From positions 4,574-68,573 of the forward strand of contig CAKPCL010000005.1 of the NCBI GenBank assembly GCA_934141605.1: a DNA stretch of 64,000 nucleotides, given 5' to 3'. Source of the stretch: an uncultured Clostridia bacterium (lineage in GTDB: Bacteria; Bacillota; Clostridia; TANB77; CAG-508). Positions 32,894 to 42,359 of this stretch are shown piece after piece (position 1 is the stretch's first letter; every line of letters begins with the position of its first letter). The position numbers and the translations under genes were made by a program. A model generated the notes under the pieces. The model saw nothing but the letters and a program-made list of their open reading frames with translations. It was not told the DNA's origin and ran no database searches.

Positions 32894-32910
32894 TTCGACA
32901 AAATTCGACT
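32894..32910 (-). promoter_or_regulatory. two tandem Spo0A-box-like motifs (TGTCGAA, AGTCGAA) just upstream of the -35
   Basis: Plus strand reads TTCGACAaaaTTCGACT. The 0A box consensus is TGNCGAA. Single 7-mers are expected by chance in 64 kb, so only position and pairing support this. Confidence 0.3.
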
Positions 32911-32965
32911 TCAAATTATTTTTAAAAAGCCTGAATCGCTTTGAATTCAATGGCTTTATGTGTTT

Positions 32966-33352
32966 TTATTTTTTGTTTACTCCTATTATTCCTCCCAAAA
33001 TTCCAAATACTATTCCTATTATAGCCATTATAATAGATTGAGCATTTATTGAAAATTTCCAATTTAAAATACTTGACATTATATATATTACTAAAGTGTA
33101 AAATAATCCTATTATTGCACCGTTCATTAATCCATTTTTCTTTATTTTAGTATTTTCTATTGAGCTTCCTACTAATATGCTTATTGCTGTTATTAGCATT
33201 GTTACTGGTTTTATTACATTTTCTCCTACACTCGTATATGTTAATATTATTGCAAATATTATTAATGATATTATTGTTATAACTAATGAAATTCCAATTC
33301 CTTTTACTATTCTTGATATTGTATTATTTTCTTTTACTTGCATTTTTTCCAT
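32966..33352 (-). CDS. TIGR04086-family membrane protein (YrzE-like)
   Basis: 128 aa, four TM helices, glycine-rich C-terminal helix GIVFGILGGIIG. Confidence 0.6.
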   Translation of the reverse strand: MEKMQVKENNTISRIVKGIGISLVITIISLIIFAIILTYTSVGENVIKPVTMLITAISILVGSSIENTKIKKNGLMNGAIIGLFYTLVIYIMSSILNWKFSINAQSIIMAIIGIVFGILGGIIGVNKK

Positions 33353-33429
33353 AAACCTGCCTCCATAACTTTATTTACTTAATTATATTTTATTTTTTTA
33401 TATTTATGATATTTTTTCGAAATTAGGGC

Positions 33430-33459
33430 TTGACAAATCTATAGTAAATGAGTTACAAT
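33430..33459 (+). promoter_or_regulatory. sigma-A promoter of the tRNA-His/tRNA-Gln pair
   Basis: TTGACA-18 nt-TACAAT, 31 nt upstream of tRNA-His. Confidence 0.6.
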
Positions 33460-33490
33460 AAGAAAGTGCCAAGACAAGCACGGAAACTAT

Positions 33491-33568
33491 GGTGGATGTA
33501 GCGTAGTTGGTTAACGCGCCAGTTTGTGGCACTGGAGACCGTGGGTTCGAGTCCCATCTTCCACCCCA
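33491..33568 (+). tRNA. tRNA-His (anticodon GUG)
   Basis: Extra 5-prime G(-1), anticodon arm CCAGT-TTGTGGC-ACTGG, T loop TTCGAGT, encoded CCA. Confidence 0.9.
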
Positions 33569-33585
33569 GTTTTAATTTAATATAT

Positions 33586-33660
33586 TGGACTGTAGCCAAG
33601 CGGTAAGGCACCAGACTTTGACTCTGGCATGCGCTAGTTCGAATCTAGCCAGTCCAGCCA
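33586..33660 (+). tRNA. tRNA-Gln (anticodon UUG)
   Basis: Acceptor TGGACTG/CAGTCCA, anticodon arm CCAGA-CTTTGAC-TCTGG, T arm GCTAG-TTCGAAT-CTAGC, encoded CCA. Confidence 0.9.
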
Positions 33661-33670
33661 ATTATTAAAA

Positions 33671-33697
33671 AGGAGCAGAATTACTGCTCCTTTTTTT
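33671..33697 (+). terminator. terminator after the tRNA pair (overlaps the convergent gene end)
   Basis: AGGAGCAG-aatta-CTGCTCCT followed by T7. Confidence 0.7.
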
Positions 33698-33929
33698 GAC
33701 ATCCAATATTTTTCTTTAGCTGTTTTTTTGCATCAATATATAATTTGATATTTCTATTTCTGTCGCCCAAAAGACAATGTACCAAAAATTCCAAATCTCT
33801 TTCAATTGTCTCCCGGGAAATATTAAACTCCTCTCGAGTTTCCTTTATGGTATTGCCCTCAATTATAAACTCTGCTACTCCAACGGCCCGGTTATACCTT
33901 ACTCTTTCCTTTTCGATATAACTTCTCAT
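33681..33929 (-). CDS. SpoIIID-like small HTH transcriptional regulator
   Basis: 82 aa. YIEKERV...AEFIIEGNTIKETREEFNISRETIERDL parallels B. subtilis SpoIIID YIKERTIKIGKYIVETKKTVRVIAKEFGVSKSTVHKDL, recalled from memory. Confidence 0.5.
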   Translation of the reverse strand: MRSYIEKERVRYNRAVGVAEFIIEGNTIKETREEFNISRETIERDLEFLVHCLLGDRNRNIKLYIDAKKQLKKNIGCQKKEQ

Positions 33930-34101
33930 ATTGTGTTCCTCCTAAAAAATATTGAGAATTACTAAAAATTCTTATATATATTATACAACATTTTTTATAT
34001 TTTCTCAAGTATTTTTTGTATTATGTTACCAATAATCATTGACTTCTCAATAATAGGCTTGTATAATAAAAACATATAAATACACGAAAAGGAAAGAAAA
34101 A

Positions 34102-36462
34102 ATGAAAAACAAATACTTAGAAAAATTAGAATATTCAAAAATTTTAAGCATACTATCAAATTATGCTCAAACATATATTGGAAAAAACATGTGCCAAGCA
34201 TTAACACCCTCAAGCCAAAAGAAAGATGTGCAAAAAAGCTTAGCAGAAACAGAAGAAGCACTAAACATTTTATATAGATGTAACACTCCGCCCATCTCTG
34301 AAATTGCTGACAACACCAAAAATCTAAAAACAATTGAATCCTATGGTACACTTTCTATAAAATCAATTTTAGAATTAGCAAATATTTTAAAAATGTCTGA
34401 CGAACTAAAAAAATATTTCTACAATGATTTTTTAGATTCAAATGAATTCATATATTTAGCAGATATTTTTTCAAAGTTATATTCAAACAGTTCAATTATC
34501 GAAAAAATATCTTACAGCATAATTGACGAAAATACAATTGATGATAGAGCCTCAAAAAATTTATCATCTATTCGTAAAAAACAAAAGAATATTGAACAAG
34601 ATATAAAAGCAAAATTAAATACATTTTTGCACTCTTCAACATATTCAAAATATATTCAAGAAAATGTTATTACAATTAGAAATGATCGTTATGTAATACC
34701 TGTAAAAGATGAATATAGAAGCCAAATTAAGGGATTTGTGCATGATGTATCAAGTTCTGGTTCAACTGTTTTTATTGAACCTATTTCAGTTTTTGAATTA
34801 AACAATGAGCTTACAAATTTAAAGATTGAAGAAAATTTAGAGATAGAAAAAATTTTGCAGGAATTAAGTAAATTATTTTATCCATATTCAAATGAAATAA
34901 AAGAAGATATTAAATGTATTGGAAAGCTTGATTTCGCTTTTGCCAAGGCTAAATATTCTAAAAACATAAATGGAATAACACCTAACATAAATGACAAAAA
35001 ACAAATCATTTTAAAAGATGCCAAACACCCTCTTTTAGACCCTAAAAAGGCCGTTCCAATTTCACTAGAATTAGGAACAACTTACAATACATTAGTTATA
35101 ACAGGTCCAAATACTGGAGGAAAAACTGTAACTTTAAAGACAATTGGTCTATTAACAGCAATGGCTTGCAGTGGTCTTAATATTCCAGCTTCTAATAAAT
35201 CATCACTTTATGTATTTGATAATATTTTTGCAGACATTGGTGATGACCAAAGTATTACTGAATCACTTAGTACATTTTCTGCCCATATGACAAATATTGT
35301 TGACATTGTAAAAAACTCAACAGAAAATTCTTTAATTTTAGTTGATGAATTAGGCTCTGGAACAGACCCTGTTGAAGGAGCATCACTTGCAATTAGTATC
35401 TTAGATTATTTCAAAACAAAATCATCTATAACAGTTGCTACAACTCACTATCAAGAATTAAAAAAATACGCATTAACAACTGACGGTTTTGAAAATGCTT
35501 CTGTTGAATTTGATATAAATACATTGTCACCTACATATCATCTTTTAATTGGTGTACCTGGAAAAAGTAATGCTTTTGAAATTAGCCAAAAGCTTGGATT
35601 ACCAGTTTCTATAATAAATGAAGCAAAAATAAATCTTACTAAAAATGATATTGATTTTGAGGAATTGCTTAAAAATATTTATGATAATAAGTCTAAAATT
35701 GAAAATGAAAAATTAGAAATTTCTAAAAAACTAAAAGAAGTTTCAGAACTAAAAAAATCACTGGAACGCGACAATACAAAGCTTAATGAGCAAGAACGCG
35801 AAATTATTAACAATGCTAAAATAGAAGCTAGAAACATTTTATTAAATGCAAAAGAAGAAGCATCTTCTATTATTTCAAAAATGAAGAATTTAGCTAACTC
35901 AAGCAGTGATTTAAATAATTTAAGAAATCAGCTAAATAAAGATATTAAAAATATTTCTTTAACTTCTTCTAATGAACAAGATAGTCCTTCAAAAAACTCA
36001 TTAGATATAAAATATATTAAGCCAAATACAGAAGTTTTTGTAACTACTTTAGGTCAAAATGGTATTATAATGTCTAATATTTCTAAATCAAATGAAGTTC
36101 AAGTTCAAGTTGGAAGTATGAAAATGAGTATAAATATAAAGTATTTAGAAGAAGCAAAAAATTCTAATAAGAAAAATAATTCTTCTGTATCTTATGGTTC
36201 AATTTCTAAATCTAGAACTGCTAAAACTGAAATAAATGTTATTGGTTTTAATGTTGATGAAGCTATTTTTGTTATTGATAAATTTTTAGATGATAGTTAT
36301 TTAGCTAACTTACAGACTGTTAGAATTGTTCATGGCAAAGGTACTGGCAAGTTGCGTGAAGGAATTCATAAATTTTTGAAATCTAATTCTCATGTTAAGT
36401 CTTTTAGAATTGGCACTTTTGGTGAAGGTGAAATGGGAGTTACTGTTGTTGAATTAAAATAG
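34102..36462 (+). CDS. mutS2: endonuclease MutS2 (MutS domain V ATPase plus C-terminal Smr)
   Basis: 786 aa. ITGPNTGGKTV Walker A, DELGSGTDP, C-terminal Smr (VRIVHGKGTGKLREG). Confidence 0.95.
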   Translation: MKNKYLEKLEYSKILSILSNYAQTYIGKNMCQALTPSSQKKDVQKSLAETEEALNILYRCNTPPISEIADNTKNLKTIESYGTLSIKSILELANILKMSDELKKYFYNDFLDSNEFIYLADIFSKLYSNSSIIEKISYSIIDENTIDDRASKNLSSIRKKQKNIEQDIKAKLNTFLHSSTYSKYIQENVITIRNDRYVIPVKDEYRSQIKGFVHDVSSSGSTVFIEPISVFELNNELTNLKIEENLEIEKILQELSKLFYPYSNEIKEDIKCIGKLDFAFAKAKYSKNINGITPNINDKKQIILKDAKHPLLDPKKAVPISLELGTTYNTLVITGPNTGGKTVTLKTIGLLTAMACSGLNIPASNKSSLYVFDNIFADIGDDQSITESLSTFSAHMTNIVDIVKNSTENSLILVDELGSGTDPVEGASLAISILDYFKTKSSITVATTHYQELKKYALTTDGFENASVEFDINTLSPTYHLLIGVPGKSNAFEISQKLGLPVSIINEAKINLTKNDIDFEELLKNIYDNKSKIENEKLEISKKLKEVSELKKSLERDNTKLNEQEREIINNAKIEARNILLNAKEEASSIISKMKNLANSSSDLNNLRNQLNKDIKNISLTSSNEQDSPSKNSLDIKYIKPNTEVFVTTLGQNGIIMSNISKSNEVQVQVGSMKMSINIKYLEEAKNSNKKNNSSVSYGSISKSRTAKTEINVIGFNVDEAIFVIDKFLDDSYLANLQTVRIVHGKGTGKLREGIHKFLKSNSHVKSFRIGTFGEGEMGVTVVELK

Positions 36463-36483
36463 AGGGATTTTATTAGTATCCCT

Positions 36484-36993
36484 CTATTTTAACTCTATTT
36501 CTATTTTTTTATCTTCTTTTAATTCTATTTTTCTATACTTAACACCGCAACAATCAAATAATTTTCTTGAAGCAATATTATTTTCAGAATTTGCGTACTT
36601 GTCAGACAAATAAATAACCTCTTTAATTCCAGATTGAATAATAATCTTTGCACACTCATTGCATGGAAACAAATCTACATATATTTTTGCATTTTCTAAG
36701 TCTTTTTTATTTCCTCTAAAATTTAAAACTGCATTTAGTTCAGCATGACATACATATGGATATTTTGTATCCAAATTAGCTCCTTCTCTCGCCCATGGAA
36801 ATTCATCATCACAAAATCCATTTGGAGCTCCATTGTATCCAATTGACAAAATCCTATTGTCATTACTTACTATACATGCACCAACTTGTGTTGATGGGTC
36901 TTTACTTCTCATGGCTGATAATTTTGCTATTGCCATAAAATATTCTTCCCAATTTATATAGTTTTCTCTTTTTTTATTTATATTATTATCCAT
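36484..36993 (-). CDS. comEB: dCMP deaminase (ComEB family)
   Basis: CHAELNAV and PCNECAKII zinc motifs, 169 aa. Confidence 0.9.
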   Translation of the reverse strand: MDNNINKKRENYINWEEYFMAIAKLSAMRSKDPSTQVGACIVSNDNRILSIGYNGAPNGFCDDEFPWAREGANLDTKYPYVCHAELNAVLNFRGNKKDLENAKIYVDLFPCNECAKIIIQSGIKEVIYLSDKYANSENNIASRKLFDCCGVKYRKIELKEDKKIEIELK

Positions 36994-37058
36994 ATAATAT
37001 CCTCCTTATATGAACATATTACTATATAAATAAAAAAATATCAATACCTAAATTTATT

Positions 37059-38057
37059 TTAAACAATGTACATTATTTCGTTATTAGGAAAATACTTTTT
37101 CATCTGTTCTCTTAAAAATATTTCACCATCTACTCTATATTGATTTTTATACATGTACTTTCCTTTTCCTCTACCAGTCATTAAATCTTTATTATATAAA
37201 TTTATTGCATTTGGAAAGGCTTCTTCATTGATTTTGGTGTGAACAAAGCTGTATGTCATAAAAATAATTTCAAAAAATACATCTTTTTTTACCTTTTCTG
37301 TCAATTCTTCTGATAGTCTTTTTATTAGTTCTGAATATAGTTCTTTCCAATTTTCAACCATAATTACAGGTGCAATTAAAATTCCTATTTTATATCCTGC
37401 TTCTTTTAATTTATTTATTGCTTCTATTCTTCCTTTTAGTCTTGATGTTCCGAATTCTACTTTATTTATAATTTGTTCTGGGTTTACACTTACTCTAATA
37501 GTTACTTTTCCTTGATGGTCTACATCTAATATATCATCTACCATGTCAAATTTTGTTGGAAATGTTAAGTGTCCCTTTGGTGAGTTTTTAAAATTTTCTA
37601 TTGTCCATGGTAAGTTTCCTGTAATTGTGTTTTCTAAAATCAAATCACTGTTGCTTCCTATTTCAAAAGTTAAGTCTTTCTCTGATTTGTTTGCTACTTT
37701 TATTATTTTATCTAGCATTTGTTCTCTGTTTACAAATAGTCTTAAATATGCACATTTGTTATAATTACATACTAAATAGCAATACATGCATGCTGCTGTG
37801 CATCCTGATGATGTGTATGGCACTAAATAGTCTGATGTTTTATGATTTTCTACAAATTTGTGTGTTTTTCTTACTCCTATTATTAGGTTTCTTTTCATGT
37901 CCATAAATTCTTTGTTTTGCTTTTTTCTCATTTCTTCTATATTATTATGGTTTTCTATTTCTACTTTTGGTATTTCTTTGTATTTTTCTAATAACTTTTT
38001 TCCTAATTCGTAGTTTTCAATTTCTTTTTCAAAATAAATAGCTTTAGGTTTAAACAT
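37059..38057 (-). CDS. splB: spore photoproduct lyase (radical SAM)
   Basis: 332 aa, CTAACMYCY CxxxCxxC cluster, typical SP lyase length and layout. Confidence 0.8.
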   Translation of the reverse strand: MFKPKAIYFEKEIENYELGKKLLEKYKEIPKVEIENHNNIEEMRKKQNKEFMDMKRNLIIGVRKTHKFVENHKTSDYLVPYTSSGCTAACMYCYLVCNYNKCAYLRLFVNREQMLDKIIKVANKSEKDLTFEIGSNSDLILENTITGNLPWTIENFKNSPKGHLTFPTKFDMVDDILDVDHQGKVTIRVSVNPEQIINKVEFGTSRLKGRIEAINKLKEAGYKIGILIAPVIMVENWKELYSELIKRLSEELTEKVKKDVFFEIIFMTYSFVHTKINEEAFPNAINLYNKDLMTGRGKGKYMYKNQYRVDGEIFLREQMKKYFPNNEIMYIV

Positions 38058-38106
38058 GTTTTTTCACTCCATTCATTAATTAGTTTAACCTAAAGCTTTT
38101 ATTTTA

Positions 38107-38364
38107 TTATTTATTTTTAATCGTTTTACTATCATAGTACAAATTTTCTGGTGCAATGTCTTCACCATTTTGCCACTCTACTGTAATTCCTGTTTCAGAT
38201 ATTTTTACATTTTTAAAATATTCATAATCTTTTAATTTTTCATAAATTTTTTCATTAATATTTTGCTCCATATCTAATATTTTTTCTTCACCGTTTTCAA
38301 ATTTTATATATAGTTTATATTTTTCTAATGCTTTAACTTCAATTGGTTCTGGTACTATATACAT
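38107..38364 (-). CDS. DUF2442 domain protein
   Basis: 85 aa, motif pattern IEVKALEKYKLYIKFENGEEK...ITVEWQNGEDIAPE. Confidence 0.7.
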   Translation of the reverse strand: MYIVPEPIEVKALEKYKLYIKFENGEEKILDMEQNINEKIYEKLKDYEYFKNVKISETGITVEWQNGEDIAPENLYYDSKTIKNK

Positions 38365-38387
38365 ACATATTCCCCCTTTACCATTTA

Positions 38388-38654
38388 TTATTTTAATGGA
38401 TCAATTTTGAAAAATTCACCTTGTTCTTGCATCAAATCCCATAAACTTTGTAATTCTTCTTTGTGAATAAGTATCCATGCTTCTACTAACTTTTGCTGTT
38501 TGTTAGGTAATTTTCCTTCTAAAATTACTCCATTCAAATTATATACTGCTTTATATTCATTATATTTAACATGTATATGTTTCTGATTATGTGGTCCATC
38601 TTCTTTAAAAAACATTTGAATTATTATACCATAAAATTGTGAAATAATTGGCAA
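38388..38654 (-). CDS. DUF4160 domain protein
   Basis: 88 aa, MPIISQFYGIIIQMFFKEDGPHNQKHIHVKY typical of DUF4160, usual partner of DUF2442. Confidence 0.75.
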   Translation of the reverse strand: MPIISQFYGIIIQMFFKEDGPHNQKHIHVKYNEYKAVYNLNGVILEGKLPNKQQKLVEAWILIHKEELQSLWDLMQEQGEFFKIDPLK

Positions 38655-38826
38655 TTTATCACCACCTTTATTATAACAACATTCCTTTTAATTTTCAATA
38701 CTTGGAAATACTAATTGTAGATTTACAATAGTCAAAACGAATAAAAACATCATTAATATACTCAAAAAAATCACTTTGTCAAGCAGTTTTCATCGCAAAA
38801 TTCGACAAATACATACTATTTATAAT

Positions 38827-38857
38827 AAAAAAATTGATAACTTCAAATTATCAATTC
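38827..38857 (-). terminator. rho-independent terminator after folA
   Basis: Minus strand reads AATTGATAA-tttgaag-TTATCAATT followed by T7. Confidence 0.65.
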
Positions 38858-38866
38858 TTTTACATA

Positions 38867-39352
38867 TTATTTTCTAACATAAGTAATATACTCATAGTCA
38901 AAATCATTAACACCATCAGCTAAACCTTGTTCTCTAGAAACCTCTTGCCATATATTTTCATCTATTTTTGGAAATAACGCATCTCCTTCAAAATCTTTTT
39001 CTAATTGTGTAACATACATTTTTTTGCAATAAGGCATTAATAAGTTATAAATAATTGCTCCTCCTATTACAAAATGCTCTTCTTCGTCGTCCATATATGT
39101 TTGTAGTTCTAATAAAGAGTGAACTACTTTTACATAGTCTGAATCTATATTAAAATCTGGATTTCTACTTAAAATTATATGCATTCTATCTGGAAGAATT
39201 CCTCCTAATGATTCAAATGTTTTTCTTCCCATTATTATTGTATGTCCTGTTGTTTTTTCTTTAAATCTTTTTAAATCATCTGGCAATTTCCAAAGCATAC
39301 TATTATCTTTTCCTATTATATTATTTTTCGCTTTTGCTACTATTATACTTAA
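38867..39352 (-). CDS. folA: dihydrofolate reductase
   Basis: MLSIIVAKAKNNIIGKDNSMLWKLPDDLKRFKEKTTGHTIIMGRKTFES. Start moved to the Met with an AAAGGAG RBS. Confidence 0.92.
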   Translation of the reverse strand, partial: LSIIVAKAKNNIIGKDNSMLWKLPDDLKRFKEKTTGHTIIMGRKTFESLGGILPDRMHIILSRNPDFNIDSDYVKVVHSLLELQTYMDDEEEHFVIGGAIIYNLLMPYCKKMYVTQLEKDFEGDALFPKIDENIWQEVSREQGLADGVNDFDYEYITYVRK

Positions 39353-39415
39353 CATTTCTTTTGCTCCTTTTATTATAATATGGAGAAAGCACACCGCTTT
39401 CCCCCTTTTAATATG

Positions 39416-40567
39416 CTAAATTTTTCTATTCATAGCATTTTTTCCGCCAAAAATACATGGCGAATTGCACTTCCAGCCAGGAAATGTACATCTTGCACCT
39501 TTTGAATATGGAAGTAATTCATTTTCAATAACTGAATTACCCTTTACTGCATCCAAATAGTTATTCATTGTTATTACTGTCTGTTCCATAATTTCAAGTT
39601 GTGCAGCTCCACACAAGCGCTCCGTACATTTCAAAATAAAATTCTCTAATGTACCTCTTTCATTTACTCTTACTAACATTCCCTGTGGATAATATTCTTT
39701 CAATGAAGAAATATCTTTTAACCATTCCTTTTCTAATTCTGTTCCCCTTATTATTCTTGGAACATAATATTCTGGTTTTTCAAGCAATGTCATTTCATAT
39801 GCTAGTGTTCTATGTCTTTGTGCTTGAGCTAACTGTGCAAAACTTGCAAGATATGTAGTACTATAATTTTCTCCAAATTCTTCTACTCTATCTCTTTTTG
39901 CAAAAAGAGATAATTTTGTACCTTTTACCCTTGGATTCAATTTTTCTACTTTTAAATCTGGCAATGCTTCTAAAAACTCTTTCATTGCACTCTTTAATTT
40001 TGTTGAAAACTCTGTTTCAGGCTCATATTCAATGTAATCTTCAAACCAACTAATAATGAAGTTCAATTGTTCAAAACTAACTGTATACTCCATAATTGTT
40101 GCTGGTGTGAAAACACTAATCAAATATCTAGCATTTTCCTGTGCCAATTTTTGAACCTTTTTTTCATCAAATTTTGGATATTCTTTACTTATTTCTTTTT
40201 TGTAAATCTCTATCCATTTCTCATATAAAATTTTTTCTTCTTCAGAAGGTTCCATTTTCGTATATCTTGCTGATTTTTCAGAAGTATTATATATCTTCTC
40301 ATTATTTAAAATCATTGCAAGAATTTTTGGTATTCCCTCTAAAATAAGGTTGTAATGTGCATGGCCAAAAACACTGTGATGACCTGACTCCAAGTTTCCA
40401 TTTGCTCTTCTTTGAGTTTTTTCTGGTAACTCTGCAAATAAAGTTTCTACCGTATCTGGCAAATAACAAATGCCTGCAGATTTTCCTGAAAAATCAATAG
40501 CTTCTTCTTTTGGTAATACATATCCTACTTTTGTTGATGCAATAACTTTGATTTTCATTTGTGACAT
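39416..40567 (-). CDS. ThyX (Thy1)-family protein, long and divergent; putative flavin-dependent thymidylate synthase
   Basis: SGHHSVFGHAHY (HxSxxEH-like) and QAQRHRTLAY (RHR motif, but with Ala where ThyX has the RHRxxS Ser). 383 aa versus about 220-250 for typical ThyX. Confidence 0.5.
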   Translation of the reverse strand: MSQMKIKVIASTKVGYVLPKEEAIDFSGKSAGICYLPDTVETLFAELPEKTQRRANGNLESGHHSVFGHAHYNLILEGIPKILAMILNNEKIYNTSEKSARYTKMEPSEEEKILYEKWIEIYKKEISKEYPKFDEKKVQKLAQENARYLISVFTPATIMEYTVSFEQLNFIISWFEDYIEYEPETEFSTKLKSAMKEFLEALPDLKVEKLNPRVKGTKLSLFAKRDRVEEFGENYSTTYLASFAQLAQAQRHRTLAYEMTLLEKPEYYVPRIIRGTELEKEWLKDISSLKEYYPQGMLVRVNERGTLENFILKCTERLCGAAQLEIMEQTVITMNNYLDAVKGNSVIENELLPYSKGARCTFPGWKCNSPCIFGGKNAMNRKI

Positions 40568-40684
40568 CTCCTTTTTAATATATTAAATATTGTTGGCTGC
40601 ACTATTGCAACTTAAGTGCATTATAACATACAAAATCTCATTTTTCTACATTTTTTTAATATTTTCATAGATTTGCCACAACAA

Positions 40685-41575
40685 TTAAAAATCCCAATTT
40701 GGTACATACTCTTCCTCATGTTCACCAAGTTCCTGAATATATCCATTTTCCAAGTCTAATCTATACAAGTAATTTTCTATTTGTTCATATTCTTCTTTAG
40801 TTAATTTTCTATTTATATCATCTATTTCTTTAGCTTTATATGTAGGAAAATACTGAGCCATAACACTTACATATACATCATGCATATTATCATTTATCCA
40901 TTTTAATACTCTTCTAGAATTTAAAATATGATTAGGCAAAACTAAATGACGGATAATCATTCCCTTTTGCATTATACCATTTTCATCAAAAACCGCCTTA
41001 CCTGTTTGTCTATGCATCTCTTTTAATGCCTCTGTTGCAATTTCAAAATAGTTATCCACTTTTGATAATCTTTTCCCCAATTCATTGTCTGAATATTTCA
41101 AATCTGGTAAATAAATATCCACATATCCTTCTAACATTTTTAATGTTTCAACTTTTTCATATCCATTTGTATTATAAACTATTGGTAATTTTAGCCCTTT
41201 GCTTCTTGCAATTTTTATTGCTTCAATGATTTGTGGTACATAACTTGTTGGAGTTACCAAATTGATATTTTCCACATCCTTTTCCTGCTGTTTGATAAAA
41301 ATGTCTGCCAATTCTTCTATTGAGATTTCTTTGCCTTTTCCCTGTTGACTTATCTCATAATTTTGACAAAATACACAATTCATATTGCAATTTGAAAAAA
41401 AGACTGTTCCAGAGCCTTTTCTTCCACTAATGCAAGGTTCTTCAAAATTATGAATTGAATATAAAGCTACCTTCACAGTATCTTTAGACTTGCATCTACC
41501 TATTTGATTATCTAATCTATTTATTCCACAATTGTGTGGACATATTGCACATTTTTCTAGTAATTTTAACTCCAT
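40685..41575 (-). CDS. radical SAM protein, PflX family (putative glycyl-radical activating-like)
   Basis: CAICPHNCGINRLDNQIGRC N-terminal Cys motif, EEPCISGRKGSGTVFFSNCNMNCVFCQN. Confidence 0.8.
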   Translation of the reverse strand: MELKLLEKCAICPHNCGINRLDNQIGRCKSKDTVKVALYSIHNFEEPCISGRKGSGTVFFSNCNMNCVFCQNYEISQQGKGKEISIEELADIFIKQQEKDVENINLVTPTSYVPQIIEAIKIARSKGLKLPIVYNTNGYEKVETLKMLEGYVDIYLPDLKYSDNELGKRLSKVDNYFEIATEALKEMHRQTGKAVFDENGIMQKGMIIRHLVLPNHILNSRRVLKWINDNMHDVYVSVMAQYFPTYKAKEIDDINRKLTKEEYEQIENYLYRLDLENGYIQELGEHEEEYVPNWDF

Positions 41576-41616
41576 TTAATTGTACCTTCTATTTTTTTGC
41601 ATATTTTGACAAATAA

Positions 41617-41650
41617 ATGAAACATTTTAAGTCCGTCCCACTTGTTTCAT
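41617..41650. repeat. hairpin possibly related to the REP-like family (different arms, shared CCGTCCC loop)
   Basis: ATGAAACA-ttttaagtccgtcccact-TGTTTCAT, between two co-directional genes. Confidence 0.35.
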
Positions 41651-42339
41651 TTTACACTTTCTACAAATATTTCTCCTTTTGAATTTTTAATTAGTTCTAT
41701 TGTTTTTGTAGAAAATTTATCAATGTTTTCTTTTACACTTTCAATAACTTTTGTCTCACTTTCATCACTTTCTATTGTTGCTATTATTTCATTATCTAAA
41801 TTTTCTATATAGATGTCATAAATTTCATTTTCGTCTTCTATTCCAAGAGAATTCTCATAATCTTCTAAATATTCTGCTATTTCTACTTCATAGCCTTTTT
41901 TAGTTTTATTTATCTTTTTTATAAAAAACATATCATCTTGTGTATCTAAGCCAATTCCTGTTGTTATATATTTATCTAAACTTTCATCATAATATATATA
42001 TTTGGAGCCTTCTTTAGGGAATTTCTTTTTAAAGCTATTTCCGAATATTTCGACTGCTTTCTCCTGAATTTCATTATATGAAAGTTCATAATTTTCTAAG
42101 TTTTTTTTCACAACTTCCCATGTCCACAAATCTGATACATCATTAATATTATCAAATTTTGGTAATGCATCTCCTGTTACTTCTCTCCACATATATATTT
42201 TTGATATATAGTTTTCTATTTTCTGTACTTCTGAAGCAGTTATATTTTTTTGATTTATGTTTTTTTTATATATAAACATCCCAACTAAGATTACTAATAA
42301 TACACATATTATTGATAGCAATTTTTTCATTGGCTTCAT
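41647..42339 (-). CDS. hypothetical secreted/membrane-anchored protein
   Basis: 230 aa with N-terminal signal/TM (KKLLSIICVLLVILVGMF) and an acidic C-terminal half. Confidence 0.45.
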   Translation of the reverse strand: MKPMKKLLSIICVLLVILVGMFIYKKNINQKNITASEVQKIENYISKIYMWREVTGDALPKFDNINDVSDLWTWEVVKKNLENYELSYNEIQEKAVEIFGNSFKKKFPKEGSKYIYYDESLDKYITTGIGLDTQDDMFFIKKINKTKKGYEVEIAEYLEDYENSLGIEDENEIYDIYIENLDNEIIATIESDESETKVIESVKENIDKFSTKTIELIKNSKGEIFVESVK

Positions 42340-42359
42340 CTCCTAGATTATTGTTTAGC

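Noticed and set aside
33995-34351. Minus-strand 118-aa ORF overlapping the mutS2 start.
   Set aside because: It has no RBS and a hydrophobic junk-like composition. It overlaps the well-supported mutS2 N-terminus.
40568-40684. Search for a THF or other riboswitch upstream of thyX-like/folA, and likewise upstream of fhs and the CDF transporter.
   Set aside because: I could recognise no conserved riboswitch core sequences or convincing multi-stem structures. The regions look like ordinary AT-rich promoters.
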